A stretch of DNA of 64,000 bases from Octopus sinensis (taxonomy: Eukaryota): the NCBI RefSeq assembly GCF_006345805.1, contig NC_043001.1:102114001-102178000 (forward strand). The letters run 5' to 3'. The notes under the pieces are model-generated. The model was not told where the DNA came from, did not search any database, and saw only the letters and a list, made by a program, of their open reading frames with translations. Positions 38,560 through 52,011 of the stretch are shown here, piece by piece. The position numbers were made by a program, and so were the translations under genes. Every line of letters starts with the position of its first letter. Position 1 is the stretch's first letter.

Positions 38560-40035
38560 CGACAGGCTTCTTTCAGTTTCCGTCTACCAAATCCACTCAC
38601 AAGGCTTTAGTCGGCCCGGGGCTATAGCAGAAGACACTTGCCCAAGATGCCACGCAGTGGGACTGAACCCGAAACCATGTGGTGTTGGCTCCTGTTGATT
38701 AATATTCGTGGAAGCAATAAATGTGTTTCTATGCTTCTAGCTCATTATGGTGGTCCAGGTTTGGTGTTTGTCTCCTAAAGAAATGTGCCTCTGTAATTCT
38801 GAGGTTGACAGCATTCCCCCCTGCCACGCCCCTGCTAGTAACTGATGTTGTTGTGCCTCGAGGCTGATGATAATCCAGTTCTTTTGAGAAAAAGACAAAG
38901 AGAGACATTTCTCCTCTCAGATACAGCACATCCAAAAATACTGATGTATGGGGCAATTAGCAAACTCAACTGCCACCTGAGCAGGTGTGACGAAGCTGGG
39001 AGAGAGAACTTAGTATGGACAGATTTCAATAAGATGCTGTATCTAAGGGGACACAAGCAAGGTTTCATAGAGAAAGTGCATGACACAGTAAGCAGACAGG
39101 TATGTGGATGCTGTGAGGGGCCTGCACATGAGGCCAAACAGAACAGCAAAGTCCACACCGACAGCAGTCAATAGACTTACAAATCAACAAATCTTGACAC
39201 CAGATGGACATATAGCAGCAGAGCTGGTGTCGAGAATGGCCAACAAACCAGTGACGACAGCAACCACTGCTACAACAATGGCAATGACTGGACTGGCACC
39301 ATTGAGACTGAAGAAGTGACAGACTTAACAATATAAGAAGAGAAGAATGACAGAAGGAAGAAATGGGGGAAGAATAAACATGGGTCTGCTGCATTGCTCT
39401 CTCATGTTATGGAGAAACAATATAAAATAATGTAGAAAACCAGCATCAGAAGCTCTTACCTCTGTGTTAGAATTATGAGACAGAACCCCTCACCCAGAAA
39501 TTACCTCACACAGCAACAACGATGACACTCTGGATGCATGCCCCCTAAATCAAGGGCTAACCAGAATGATCTCACCAACAGACAGTATCCTGCTGTGTTT
39601 AAGATCAAAGGCAGTATACCAGATGACATATTCCTGTGGAGCAACATACATAGGATCAACCAAAGACAAATTCACCAAAGGATTAAGGAGCATTTGTACA
39701 AGGCCACACCACCCAGCACTGTATTCCAATACCAGCAATATTGTAAAGGGTTTTTTTTTTCACCTGGATACTATTAATGGGGATGGATGCCCTCAACCTC
39801 AGAACTTCAGAGGCTCACTTCATTAGGAGAAGAGCACCAAGCCTGTATGGAAAAACATTTACTGCTTCCAGGAGTATTAATTGGCACTAGCCAATGTTTA
39901 GGAAATAAGCAAGTCTGATAAAGAATCTTTGATTCAAAAGCACTCACAATGCAATGGACTAAAACTTTCAGCAGCAAGTCTTGTTCCAGGTTACTTGCCA
40001 TATGTAGGGTGATCTATCCACCTGTCTAATTTTGG
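38130..40035 (+). mobile_element. Penelope-like element (RT thumb + GIY-YIG) bounded by inverted pLTR copies carrying minimal HHR motifs
   Basis: LRKRQRETFLLSDTAHPK (thumb, ~38880); AVYQMTYSCGATYIGST and HQRIKEH, EAHFIRRRAPSL (GIY-YIG, 39600-39850). About 130 bp homologous between 38130-38300 (-) and 39900-40035 (+). Confidence 0.8.
38322..38684 (-). mobile_element. SINE family A
   Basis: Reverse complement of family A. Confidence 0.9.
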
Positions 40036-40900
40036 GGTGGTTAAACAATTTATGAATATAGTGCAGGTTTTCATTCACAATATGAAAAGGATGGTAAAGT
40101 CTGGATGGAAGATCCAATAGAATATCCAGAAAGTTGACCTTTTTAATATTTCCTTTGAATGATAGATTTAAATTCTTGAAAGAATTTATGTAAGCTTTTG
40201 CTGAATTCTTCAAGTTCTGAAGGTGTATAATTATAAACAGTTAAGGGAACATCATCTGTATATAAACTGCCTCCTTTATCACTAAATGATTCCTTGTACT
40301 GATGAAATAAGCATATTTCAACCAAGTCAGTTGCTTCTTCAGCATCAGATGATCCCATGGTAATATGAAATAAATCCATTCTTGAATTTCTAATCCGCAA
40401 ATCATTCTGAAAAGGGATTAATGTTTTTCAAGCAGTAACAATTATATTAATTTCATCTCAGTTAAGCTCAGTAATTTTACCTACAAAAATCAGGATTTTG
40501 TTTTAAAAGCATCAGTAAAATTGATGAATGGTAGCTTTCTGTGTAGAATTAGCAGAAGTAAGTATTAGATTTATCGTTTAAATTCTAAACCACTTCAATA
40601 CTTCATCCATATTTTTCTCAAACTGCAAGTTTAATGTATGTTTTCATTTTAGATATTATGCTGTTAATTATGAATTTTTTATCTATCTACCTACATCTGT
40701 CTAATCGGTGGATTAATATCAAAATTTGGTTTCTAGTCTTTTAAATTAAACGTAGGACATTTTAGTTGTAGTGGTGGTTCTGGTCAATCTGTTCGTCCAT
40801 ATTTGTTCAGAATTTCAAGACCCAAATTATCAATATTGGTTAATTTGTTTTGTCTGGCTTTTCATAGTTTTATTTCGTTCTTTCATGATGAATGTATTAT
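40030..40900 (-). mobile_element. Second Penelope-like RT fragment, opposite strand
   Basis: DLFHITMGSSDAEEATDLV..LYTDD (cf. FDVTMGSYDGAE..LYRDD); KKVNFLDILLDL..YIHKLFNHP. Confidence 0.8.
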
Positions 40901-41004
40901 ATGTTTGTTTTTTTATATTGTTTAATTTATTGTCTTTTATCTGAAATAACATGTAAACCACCTGCATTTTTTAAAAATACTTTACCTTATTGGCAAAGTT
41001 GTCT

Positions 41005-41450
41005 GGTGTGTTTACGTCCCCGTAACATAGCAGTTTGGCAAAAGAGACTGATAGAATAAGTACTAAGCTTACAAAGAATAAGTCCTGGAGTTGATTTGTT
41101 TGACTAAAGGCAGTGCTCCAGCATGGCTGCAGTCAAATGACTTAAACATGTAAAGGAATATATATATATATATATATATCATCGTCGTTTAACGTCCACT
41201 TTCCATGCTAGCATGAGTTGGACGGTTTGACTGAGGACTTGTGTGCCAGAAAGCTGCACCAGGCTCAATCTGATCTGGCATAGTTACTACAGCCTGATGC
41301 CCTTCCTAATGCCAACCACTCCGAGAGTGTAGTGGGTACTTTTATGTGCCACCGTCAGGTGGTTCTGGCAACAACCACACTCAAATGGTGCTTTTTATGT
41401 GCTACCTGCACAGGAGCTAATCCGGTGGGACTGGCAATGACCACGCTCGA
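41005..41450. mobile_element. SINE family A 3' half followed by an RTE 3' end (-)
   Basis: Homology to other copies. Confidence 0.8.
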
Positions 41451-41515
41451 ATACACACACACACACACACACATATATATAAAACAGTTATTTTATTCCA
41501 CAAAGGTAGAAATAT

Positions 41516-41735
41516 AGAAAAAGAAGTTGAAAATGCACTTGGAATCTTTTAGATGGTTTATTTTTAAAAGTTCAGCTGGTTTCACAGTTGCTATACCTCA
41601 ACTGTCTTACAAGACAGTTGCAGCATAGCCCCACATCTTTCTTGGTTTTGAAAATCAGAAAAATCTGTGAAACCAGTTAAGCCTTTTAAAATAAACCATC
41701 TAAAAGATTCCAAATGCATTTTCAACTTTTTTTCT
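41516..41735. mobile_element. Palindromic MITE-like element (~70 bp TIRs, internal hairpin CAACTGTCTT-ac-AAGACAGTTG)
   Basis: AGAAAAAGAAGTTGAAAATGCACTTGGAATCTTTTAGATGG... mirrored by ...CCATCTAAAAGATTCCAAATGCATTTTCAACTTTTTTTCT. Confidence 0.8.
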
Positions 41736-44003
41736 GTGTGTATATAGTGTATGTGTGTGTGTGTATAACCATAAAAGATGAATAGACAATATCAGTTCAG
41801 TACAATCTACAAATGATTCAATACTATAATGCTATGGTGATTTATTCATTATTACAGAGTTGATGATACTAGATTAATAATGTTTCATTGGCTGAGTTCC
41901 TTTTCAATCCCTCCTATCATATGGTCAAAGTGTAATCCTTCTAAGGCTTCCGATAGATCGATTCTTTGAGCGGCTGATCTTTGTCTGTTGGTGGTTCAGG
42001 ATGCCTGATAAAATGACAGGTGGTTTCTGATTGTATAGTACACCAGTTACTAATAAACCGCTATGCTTCTGAGACCTTTGTAACATATATTGAACTATCA
42101 TTGTCTATTTATTATTTATTTTCTTTTATTATATTTCTTTACTGTATGGCATGCATGACTAACATTGCTACTGAAGGTGGAGCTGCAGAATATCTGATAT
42201 CATTAAACAACTGGAAAAGTTATTTAATCTTGTGATTGGATTATAAAAAAGGGAAAATATTAATTTATACTGTTCCTACAATGTACTCTGCCGGCCAATT
42301 ACATACTGGAAGCTGCTGAGATAGTGAACATGATTGACAAGATCTAAACCAATTGGTGTGTGTGTGTGTGTGAATGCATCCACACATCTATGTATACTTA
42401 TATGCATCTATCTTTTTATCAGCTGTCCTCTCATCTCCAGACAATAATCCTGTTCATTTCTTAATGACTTGTCAACTCGGGAGGAGTTTTGATTCATGAA
42501 ATTGTCTTTCCTTCCCATATGGAACTAGTTTTAATTATCATTTAGTAATTGTGACACATCTGCTAAAGGCAGAAATAATCTTAATAAATTAAGTATTTAT
42601 GTTGTATGGTATTTGATAGACCTGTATTTGTCTACAATGTTCAAATACATACCTTTGACCCACTCTGACTCATTTTTCTCATTTCAGCTTAAATTATGCA
42701 AATATGTGCACACACACACGAATGCATGCACGCACACACAGTTTCGATAATTCTTAAATTATGAATTTTTTTTCTCAGAATTCCAAGAGTTCACATTCCT
42801 AAGAATGTTCTTTGCATTCTTGAGATTATGTACTCTTTGTTTATGTTGTTCTGATTCTTACGAAGCAGATATAACTCCGTAAACTCTGTAAATGGTTAAT
42901 TAACATAATTATAGCATTATGAAGAAAGTATAATGCTAGTGTTGATCCAATAACTGTAATAAGAACAGCATTGTGTAAGTGAAGGCAGCTGGTCGTTAAT
43001 TAGATCATCCATTAAGGGCCTGTATTCTTCTGTTTGAAATAATGAATGGCTACTGAAAAAGATGTCTTGTTAATATTTACAATTCTTTCTCTCACTTGAT
43101 ATGGTTGTTAGTTGACCTTTTAGACAAGTTGTGTTTCTGGAATGATCCAAGGAAATGACATAATGCCAGGATTTGAAAACATCATCATTTCCAAGTATTA
43201 TTAATAGAAAAAAAAAAGAAAGAAAGAAAACGCATATTTTGATATTTTCCATGAGCAAAATGACTAATTTTGTCTAATTGTAGATTTACATGTAGCACAA
43301 GAATAAAAAAAAAAAGAGAGAAAGACTCTCTTTTGCTGTACTATTAACTATTAATAACATTATGTTTCTAATAAATATGTTTGCTATCTCACCATTTATC
43401 TTTTTGTTGGCTTTTAATAACTCCCATTTACTTGTCACTGCCAATCTGGCTTCTTTAACACTGCCAAGCCAATTATTATTCTCTTGGCTATAGGGTTAAT
43501 CCATAAATCAACATATTTATGATAAGGTGGTTTTTATCAAAACATCTTAATCTTCGTGAAGAGTTATGGTTGAATCTGGAAAACATCCGTGGCAGTTACA
43601 GTGTGGTCAAGCAGCATTGTGTTGCCGTCAGAACAAACAGCAGCATCTCTCCACCCCATGGGGATGCGAGGAAGCTATAAGCCAGCAGTAAATATAAAAA
43701 AACAAAAACAAAACAAACTGTGGTTAAAGGAAGCAGCTTTTTTTTTGTAAAAGCGTCACCAATTCTGAAATTATTTGTTGTGCTAATGAAAAGGACCGGA
43801 GGCTTTGAAATGACAGCAGTGTTTTAATGTGGGATGTTTGGCACTGACAAATTATCGAGTACATCCCACTCCAGCAAATATTTTCTTGCTTTCTTCCTTT
43901 ATTTGTAGGGAGTGGGTATGGAGGAGATGGTAAATGATGCCAACCTCATTAATACCAATTTCGTAAAACCTGTTAAATGTGTCATAGAAAAATACCGTTC
44001 ATC

Positions 44004-44672
44004 AGGCGTGGCTATGTGGTATGGAGCTTGCTTCCTGAGCAGATAGCTCTAAGCTCAGTCCCACTTTCTGCTATAGCTTCAGGCCAACCAAAGCATTGGG
44101 AATGGATTTAGTAGACGGAAACTGATAGAAGCCTGTCATGTGTCTGTGTGTCTCCCACCACCACGTGACAACTGGTGCATTTATATCCCCATACTTAGTG
44201 GTTCAGCAAAACAAACTGACGGAATAAAAACCAAACTCTAAAAAGAAAATGATGAAGTACATAGGCATAGGAGTGGCTGTGTGGTAAGTAGCTTGCTTAC
44301 GAACAACATGGTTCTGGGTTCAGTTCCACTGCATGGCACCTTGGGCAAGTGTCTTCTACTATAGCCTCGGGCTGACCAAATACTTGTGAGTGGATTTGTT
44401 AGACGGAAACTGAATAAAGCCCGTCGTATATATGTATATATATATATGCATCTGTGTTTGTCCCCCCACCCAACATCACTTGACAACTGGTACTGGTGGG
44501 TTTATGTCCCCGTAAATTAGCGGTTCGGCAAAAGAGACTGATAGGATAAGTACTAGGCTTACAAGCTTACAAAGAAAAAGTCCTGGGGTCGATTTTCTTT
44601 ACTAAAGGCAGTGTTCCAGCATGGCCACAGTCACATTACTGAAACAAGTAGAAAAAAAGAGATAGAAAAGAG
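44004..44672 (+). mobile_element. Two adjacent SINE family A copies (44004-44240 degenerate; 44264-44672 full)
   Basis: Homology to family A. Confidence 0.85.
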
Positions 44673-46401
44673 AGTACTGTGGTTGATTCATTTGACTAAC
44701 ATGCCCAAGGTCTAAGTTTTTAAGCATGTATTTTATCAAGCTAAACTTTCTGTGCCATCCTCCTGGTCTGACTGTTATTACTGTTGTGCACAGCTAAGGT
44801 ATAACCAAAATTACATACTTATGAAGCTTGCAATGCCGTCTTGGGGTTTGATCCTCTTGTGTGGCACCTTCACTAATTCATCATCCATCATTTTGAATCT
44901 GGGTTTTGTCCCTGTTAACGAGGGTGGCTGGATCTACCTCAGTGCCATAGCAACTGCTCTCACACCATCTCGCCATCTTGCCTGGTCTTGGGTGTCCTCC
45001 CTTCTCAAGCCAACCCTCCCAATTTCCACCTGTCCCCTCCACATTTTCCTTGGTCTACCTCACTTTTGCTCTCCGTTTACCTCAAACTCTGGCACCCTCT
45101 TCTGAAAATCGTAGAAAATCCAGCTACGAAAAAGCCTCATGATGGCTAATTGCCATTTACAATAGCTTTGAGCTAACTGGTGCATTGTGCAAGATATTTA
45201 GTTGACAGACACTATATGGAAGCCTAGTGTGTGTGTGTGTGTGTGTGAGGAAGAGAGAGGGAGAGAGAAAGACTGGTTCATTTCTGTAAGTTCTTGAGGT
45301 GAGATTTTTTCCGTAATGATGATAATGTTATGTCCTCCTTTAAGCAAAATGTCTGACAGCAGATGTCTTGGTTCTGGACACAACATTATCTCCACTGTAA
45401 AATACAAATTGTCATCTCATTACTTTAGCTGTTTGGTTGTCTCCCCTTTGCTTCCTAAAACCTCATGTGGCTCAACAACAATTTTATTAAGCATCAACAA
45501 TTCCCAGCCTTAGCAAATCAAAATGGTTGTGGAATATATTCTCTCTCTCTCTCTCTCCATTCACGGCTGAGGTTGCTTTGACAAATTTGTCCAGCTGAAT
45601 ATTTATTCATGGAACAGTTATTTCGCAAAATGGTTGTCATTCTTTCAGCTGAACAGAAAGTAACAGAATAAAACCTATTTATCACTGAAGCAGACTAACA
45701 ACAGAAGAATTATGTGCTTTGGTCGAGGACATAACAAAAATAAATAGCCGTAGTTGTAATGTGGTCATTTATCCAACTGACCATAATGTATTTTGGACTA
45801 TATTATCCAACTTTAGATCAAATAATAATAATTGATGATTCCTTACATTCACAAATTTCAAAGATTATTTAATTGAATTGACCCCTAAACCTGTTGAGTT
45901 GATGTTAAGCTCAGAGGGGAAAATAAAGAGGCTACGATAAATACTTGATTCTATTTTGTCTGCAATATTTCAACGTGTCGACTACTTCACTGCTTTCATT
46001 TCTGTGGAACAACTCTTTTTACAACAATAGTTTGTGATCTAGGTTTCTGATTTAGTTTCAAGTCCAGGAAATTTTAGGGGATGGAGTTAATACAACCAAT
46101 CCCAATAATTGTTTGATCTTCTATTTTATCAACCACGGAAGGATGTAAAGCAAAGTTAACCTCAAGTGGGATTTGAATTTGAAATCTAGGAAAGAATAAA
46201 TACCACAAAACCATAGTTTTTTTATGCTCTGCTGACTTACCTAAGCCCACTGGCTTAACAAAACAATTCTATATAATAATAACAATAATAATAATAATAA
46301 TAACAACAATAATAATAATAATAATGATAATAACAAGGCAACAGCAACATCCTCTCAACGATTAGCCAGAGATGATTTTTAAAATGAGAATATCTGAAAT
46401 A

Positions 46402-46710
46402 TATTTACATTATTTACATTTGATGGATATTTGTCCTCATCTTGTTTGTTGTTAACATGTTTCAGCTGACCCTAACCTTCCAGCCTTCATCAGGTATCCT
46501 GGGGGAATGTCAAACCTGGGTTCTCATTCATAAGGTATTTTTCCAGTGTTGTTGTTGTTCATGCCTGGAATCGAACTCAGAATCTTGGGGCTAGTAGCCC
46601 GTGCTCTTAACCATTATGCCATATGGAGCGATGAAGGCTAGAGAGTACATCAAACAAAACGTTGTATTAACAAGAATCAAAATGAGGACAAATATCCGTC
46701 AAATGTAAAT
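46402..46710 (-). mobile_element. Family H element (46402-46625, -) joined head-to-head to an inverted tail fragment (46630-46710, +)
   Basis: Same head and tail as 6662-7175; GATGAAGGCTAG..AAAACGTTGTATTAAC..GTCAAATGTAAAT on the + strand. Confidence 0.75.
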
Positions 46711-48565
46711 CATCATCATCATCGTTTAACGTCTGCTTTCTATGCTGGCATGGGTTGGACGGTTTGACTGAGGACAGGTGAACCAGGAGGCTGCACCAAG
46801 CTCAGTTTGATCTGGCAAAGATTCTACAGCTGGATGCCCTTCCTAACACCAACCACTCCGAGAGTGTAGTGGGTGCTTTTTACGTACCACTGGCGCAAGG
46901 GCCAGTCAGGCAGTTCTGGCAACAACCACGCTCAAAAGGTGTTTTTTTTATGTGCTACATGCCTGGGAGCCAGTCCGGCGGCACTGGCAATGACCACACT
47001 CGAATGTTGTTTCTCACGTTCCACTGGCACATGTGCTGGCAGGGCGACACTGGCAACGATCACGCTCAAATGGTGCTTTTCACGTGTCACCAGCATGGGA
47101 GCCAATATATGGTCGTGGCAACGAACACGCTCAGATATGCTTCTTTTGACATTCCACTGGCATGAGTGCCAATCAGGTGGTACTTTCATTGGCCATGTCA
47201 GTGATTTTGCTTTGTTTACACTTGCCTCAATAGGTCTTCGCAAGCAAAGTTCATTGTCCAATGAATGAGGGGTATTCATAAATGGTCTGGTTGCACTCAC
47301 TGGCATAGGCCATGGGCTATTATCTCACTTGGCTTGTCAGGTCTTCTCAAGCACAGTATATCTCCAAACGTTCCAGTCACTTGTCATTGCCTCTGTAAGG
47401 CCCAATGTTTGAAGGTCATGATTCACCACCTCTTCCCAGATTTTACTGGGTCTACATATTCCAATGGTTCCCTCAACTGCTAGGGGGTGAGACTTTTTCA
47501 CACAGCTGTCCTCATTCATTTGCAACACATGACCATACCAGTGCAGTCGTCTCTCTTGCACACCACATCTGATGCTTTTTAAATCCTACTTTTCTCTCAG
47601 GGCGCTTACAATCTATCGTATATGCACACTAACATTACTCATCCAGCAGAGCATACTGGCTTCACTCCTTGCAAGCTTATACATGTCCTCAGCAGTCATA
47701 GCCCATGTTTCACTGCCATGTTGCATAGCTGTTCGCACACATGCATCATACAGTCTGCCTTTTACTCTGAGCAAGAGGCCTTTGTCACCAGTAGAGTTAG
47801 GAGCTCTCTGAACTTTGCTCAGGCTATTCTTATTCTCATAGCAGTTACATTTTCAGAGCATCCACCACTGCTACTGACTTGGTTACCTAGGTAATGGAAG
47901 ATATCAACTATTTCTAGTTTTTCTCCCTAAAATGTGACAGAAGCTATTCTCTGAACATTTTCTGTGTTTATAGCACCTGAGCATTTGTCACATACAAAAT
48001 TTATCTTCCCCGTTAGCCTTCCTTTGACATTGCTGCACCTCTTATGTGTCCATAGCTTACACTGGGTATAGCTTATGGAGTTTCTACTTATGCCTTTTCT
48101 ACAGATCGAGCAGGGCCATCTACCTGATGTGATTTGTGGTTTGTCTGCCTTTCTACTTATTAAGACTTTGGTTTTAGCTAGGTTGACTCTAAGGCCCTTC
48201 AATTCTAATCCTTGCTTCCACACCTGAAACTTCTCCTCTAGTTCTGATAGTGACTCAGCAATTAGAGCAAGGTCATCAGCATAGAGGAGCTCCCAGGGGC
48301 ATCCTGTCTTGAATTCTTCAGTTATTGCCTGGAGGACTACGATGAATAAGAGGGGGCTGAGGACTGATCCTTGGTGGACCCCTACCTCTACTCAGAATTC
48401 TTCACTGTACACATTGCCAACCCACACCTTATTGACAGCATCCCTGTACATGGCTTGCACAGCTCTCACTAACCATTCATCTATCCCTAGTTTCCTCATT
48501 GACCACCAGATAAGGAGTTGGGGGACCCTGTCAAAGGCTTTCTTTATGTCAACAAAAGCCAGCTA
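46708..48565 (-). mobile_element. 5'-truncated RTE LINE (RT C-half, PHD-like finger, C-terminus, 3' UTR array, (GAT)n tail)
   Basis: ORFs 47927-48223 and 47337-47561; GVHQGSVLSPLLF and LYADDLAL on the minus strand. Confidence 0.92.
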
Positions 48566-48619
48566 GAGAGGCTTATCATTATCAACAAAAGGCAAATAAT
48601 GTACATAATTCTTCATCTC

Positions 48620-48912
48620 ACAAATATAGAACTATACCTGAAATAAATTTGACTGCTCTTACAAATGAGAATACTAAAAATGAACCTCATCGCTCTCAAA
48701 AATTAAGTTAAAAAAACGGAAAAATAATCCAGAATCCTTGTCTGGTACTGACTTGATTCCAAAATCTAATCAGTTTGTGCCTGTCACAAGGCCAAATATC
48801 TCTGAAAGTTTCATCCAAATCCATCGAGCAGTTCTTGAGATATCTTATCCATGGACAAACAAACAAACGCAACTGAAAACAATACCTCTGCTTTCACTAA
48901 GGCAGAGGTAAT
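48620..48912 (+). mobile_element. Helentron/HINE-like non-autonomous element end
   Basis: ...GACAAACAAACAAACGC.ACTGAAAACAAT then hairpin ACCTCTGC-tttcactaag-GCAGAGGT (48884-48909) followed by (AAT)n; the family assignment is inferred. Confidence 0.5.
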
Positions 48913-48944
48913 AATAATAATAATAATAATAATAATCTTACTAC

Positions 48945-49145
48945 TGGCACAAGGCCTGAAATTTTGTGGGTGAAGGGGCTAGTTGATTGACCCCAGTGCT
49001 TGAATGGTACTTAGTTTATCAACCCAAAAGAATGAAAGCTAAAGTGGACCTTGGTAGAATCTGAACTCAGAACATAAACGGTTGGAAGAAATATCACTAA
49101 GCATTTTGTCTGACAGGCTAACAGTTCTGCCAGCTTACTACCTTA
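48945..49145 (-). mobile_element. SINE family B, degenerate
   Basis: Homology to family B. Confidence 0.7.
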
Positions 49146-49879
49146 ATAATAATAATAATAATAATTGTAAGTCCATATGCTGTGTCAGTAGTTGAGAGGT
49201 GAATGGGTTTTGACACTTGTAGTCTCTTTAACACTTCATTGTTATTTTGTGGCAACTAGTAAAGACTTGCTAAAACGATAGGTATATACATATGCAGATA
49301 TACACACACTCAATTACATCTATGTTCATGTGCCCACACACACACACGCACACACACATACACACACACACATACATACACACATACGCACACACACACA
49401 CACACACATGTGTTGTGCATATATATGACAAACTAAGCACCAAACATTTCAAGCCTCTGCCAAACAAGTTGGTCACAGTCAAGACTTTGGAAAGAAATCA
49501 AAAAAATCCATTGCTGACCACCAAATCAAGGACAAAAGGAAAAATAATGTCTTAAATTCAAGAATTGCTGTTTTAACGTGTCTGCTTTATTTTTTGTAAA
49601 TTATCAAAATTTCAGAAATCAATATATTTAGAACACATAAATTATCAACTGTATATAGTCATTTTCCTGTTTCTTAGACAAATATATTGGAGATCAAATA
49701 TATAGAAAGGACTGACAATCTCACCTTGCATTTTGGGGCTGCATCTTTTGTTTTAAGGGCCATAATTTTTTGCTTTTTTAACTGAAAGAACTTTTCCTAC
49801 ATCCTGGAAAATCTGTTGAATTCCTTGATATGAAGCAAGATTTTGTCTACTTCTATCTTTTGATAAGCAAAAGATGCTC

Positions 49880-50125
49880 TTTACTCTTTTATTTGTTTCA
49901 GTCATTTGACTGTGGCCATGCTGGAGCACCACCTTTAGGCGAGCAAATCAACCCAAGGACTTATTCTTTGTAAGCCTAGTATTTATTCTATCAGTCCCTT
50001 TTGCCAAACCGCTAAGTTACGGGGACATAAACACACCAGCGTCGGTTGTCAAGCGATACTGGGGGGACAAACACAGATACACAAACATATACACACACAT
50101 ACATACATATATATTTATATATATA

Positions 50126-50157
<32 letters not shown>

Positions 50158-50363
50158 TTATGTATATATATATATATATATATTTATGTATGTATGTACG
50201 ACAGGCTTCTTTCAGTTTCCGTCTACCAAATCCACTCACAAGGGCTTTGGTTGGCCCAAGGCTATAGTAGGAGGCACTTGCTCAAGGTACCATGCCGTGG
50301 AACTGAACCCAGAACCATATGGTTGGTAAGCAAGCTACTTACCACACAACCACTCCTACGCCT
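49880..50363 (-). mobile_element. SINE family A with expanded central (TA)n
   Basis: Reverse complement of family A. Confidence 0.88.
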
Positions 50364-52011
50364 ATGATATATAATATAGATATATAATTTTTTTTTGTTG
50401 TTGTTCCCTCCTAGATTAGCTCCTGTGGCAAAGAAATGTGTCCAGCTTTACAAAATTCTCCTACATTTTATTTTCTTTCTTGTAACAGTGGTGGATCTAA
50501 ATATTCTGTTCAGATTGAGTCTGTGCACCTGTATCAAAGGACAGTTCATTTTAACAGAAGCACTCTATATACAGACTATGATATTTGATTTGCTATTGGT
50601 GTTCTTGTTGTTGCCATTGTTACTATATTCAAAACTACTTATTCAAGTGTTGAGGATATTTTTGTATCAAACATCGTTCAATAAGCTGTTCACTTCACCT
50701 TTTTGTTCATTTGGTTGAATGTTTCCATTTTAAAGAATTATATTTTTTAAAATTCAATTTTGTTATTGTTGTTCTCGCATTCAGTTTTGTGGTGTTTGGT
50801 AGCCATTCCAATGTGAAGATGTAATGTGCTAAATAAAATTTTAAACGATTGTCAAACAGATCGTTTTTCTCTCTACTCCTGGTTTTCCTTAGGTAATTAT
50901 AATTCTTTTAACAAGAGCTACAAAGAAAATTTCATTTGTAATGCTTCTCCCAAAGAGAGAAGGAAAATGAATCTTTCACAGAATGAGATGATGATGATGA
51001 TGATGACAATAAAAAAGGATTTCTAACTCTGAGAGGAGATTGCAGTCAGTTCAGTGAAACTCAAAACTTAACTGGCACAGATTTTGTAACCCCAGAATAT
51101 GTAAGGTAAAATTAGTTCTGACAAGATTTGAATAACCTATAATCACTTCTACAAGACCAACAAAACCTATATCACAATTTATTTCACAACAATGACATTT
51201 TTTATTCACAACAACCACATCTAGAATCCCTATATCTATGTTCACAACAACCACATCTATAATAACATGCATATCTATATCCACAACAACCACATCTACA
51301 ATAACTGCATCTACTACAGACAAGCTAGCAGAGAAGCTAGTCAGCCGACGACTGAGTGAGAACTTGTCTGATGTCGAATTTGGCAAATAATCAAAAATAA
51401 ACAAGAAAGGAAAATGGAAGCATAAAAATTAATAAGCAACCTTTGAATAGTGAAAGGGCAAGGGCTAGAAAATGACTTTGAAACGAAAAGATGAAACAGT
51501 GAGATGGTGGCATGATAGATAAATGGACAAAACCAGGAAATCCTGCTTTTGTAAAAATGATGACCTCCAACAGAGAAAAAAATAAAATACACTACGGAAC
51601 AAAGATATGTTGCATTATATATAAAGTGGACAAGTCATAAAAACAAGGTTCATTAATATTTTATTTTTAATCACAAAATTCAAATTAGCCTTGATCAAAC
51701 TGACCATAAAAGTAATGGAAATTACCCAGACCAAAGCTACCTTCATTGTAGTACATCTACGGAGATGTATATTTTATGTATTTGCCTTTAAATTTGGATA
51801 TATTTTATTGTCCTAAGCAAGTATGGTAAAGTAGTATTTGTAATATCTTTATATCTTTTCCCTTTTTTTTTCTCTACTTTTGACAAGGGTCTTCAGTTAT
51901 ATGAGGACATCATGTAGCTTTTTGGTGTTTTAGTTTATTGCTGGTATCGGATTGTTGACAGGTATGGAGATCGAAACCAGTAACAGAACCATTGAACAAA
52001 TTTGTATCCTA

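Noticed and set aside
43570-43610. 12-bp hairpin considered as a pre-miRNA
   Set aside because: Stem too short (~36 nt total) and does not extend.
46880-47175. Regularly spaced palindromic repeats resembling a CRISPR array
   Set aside because: Units are contiguous tandem repeats of the RTE 3' UTR with no unique spacers; eukaryotic context and no cas genes.
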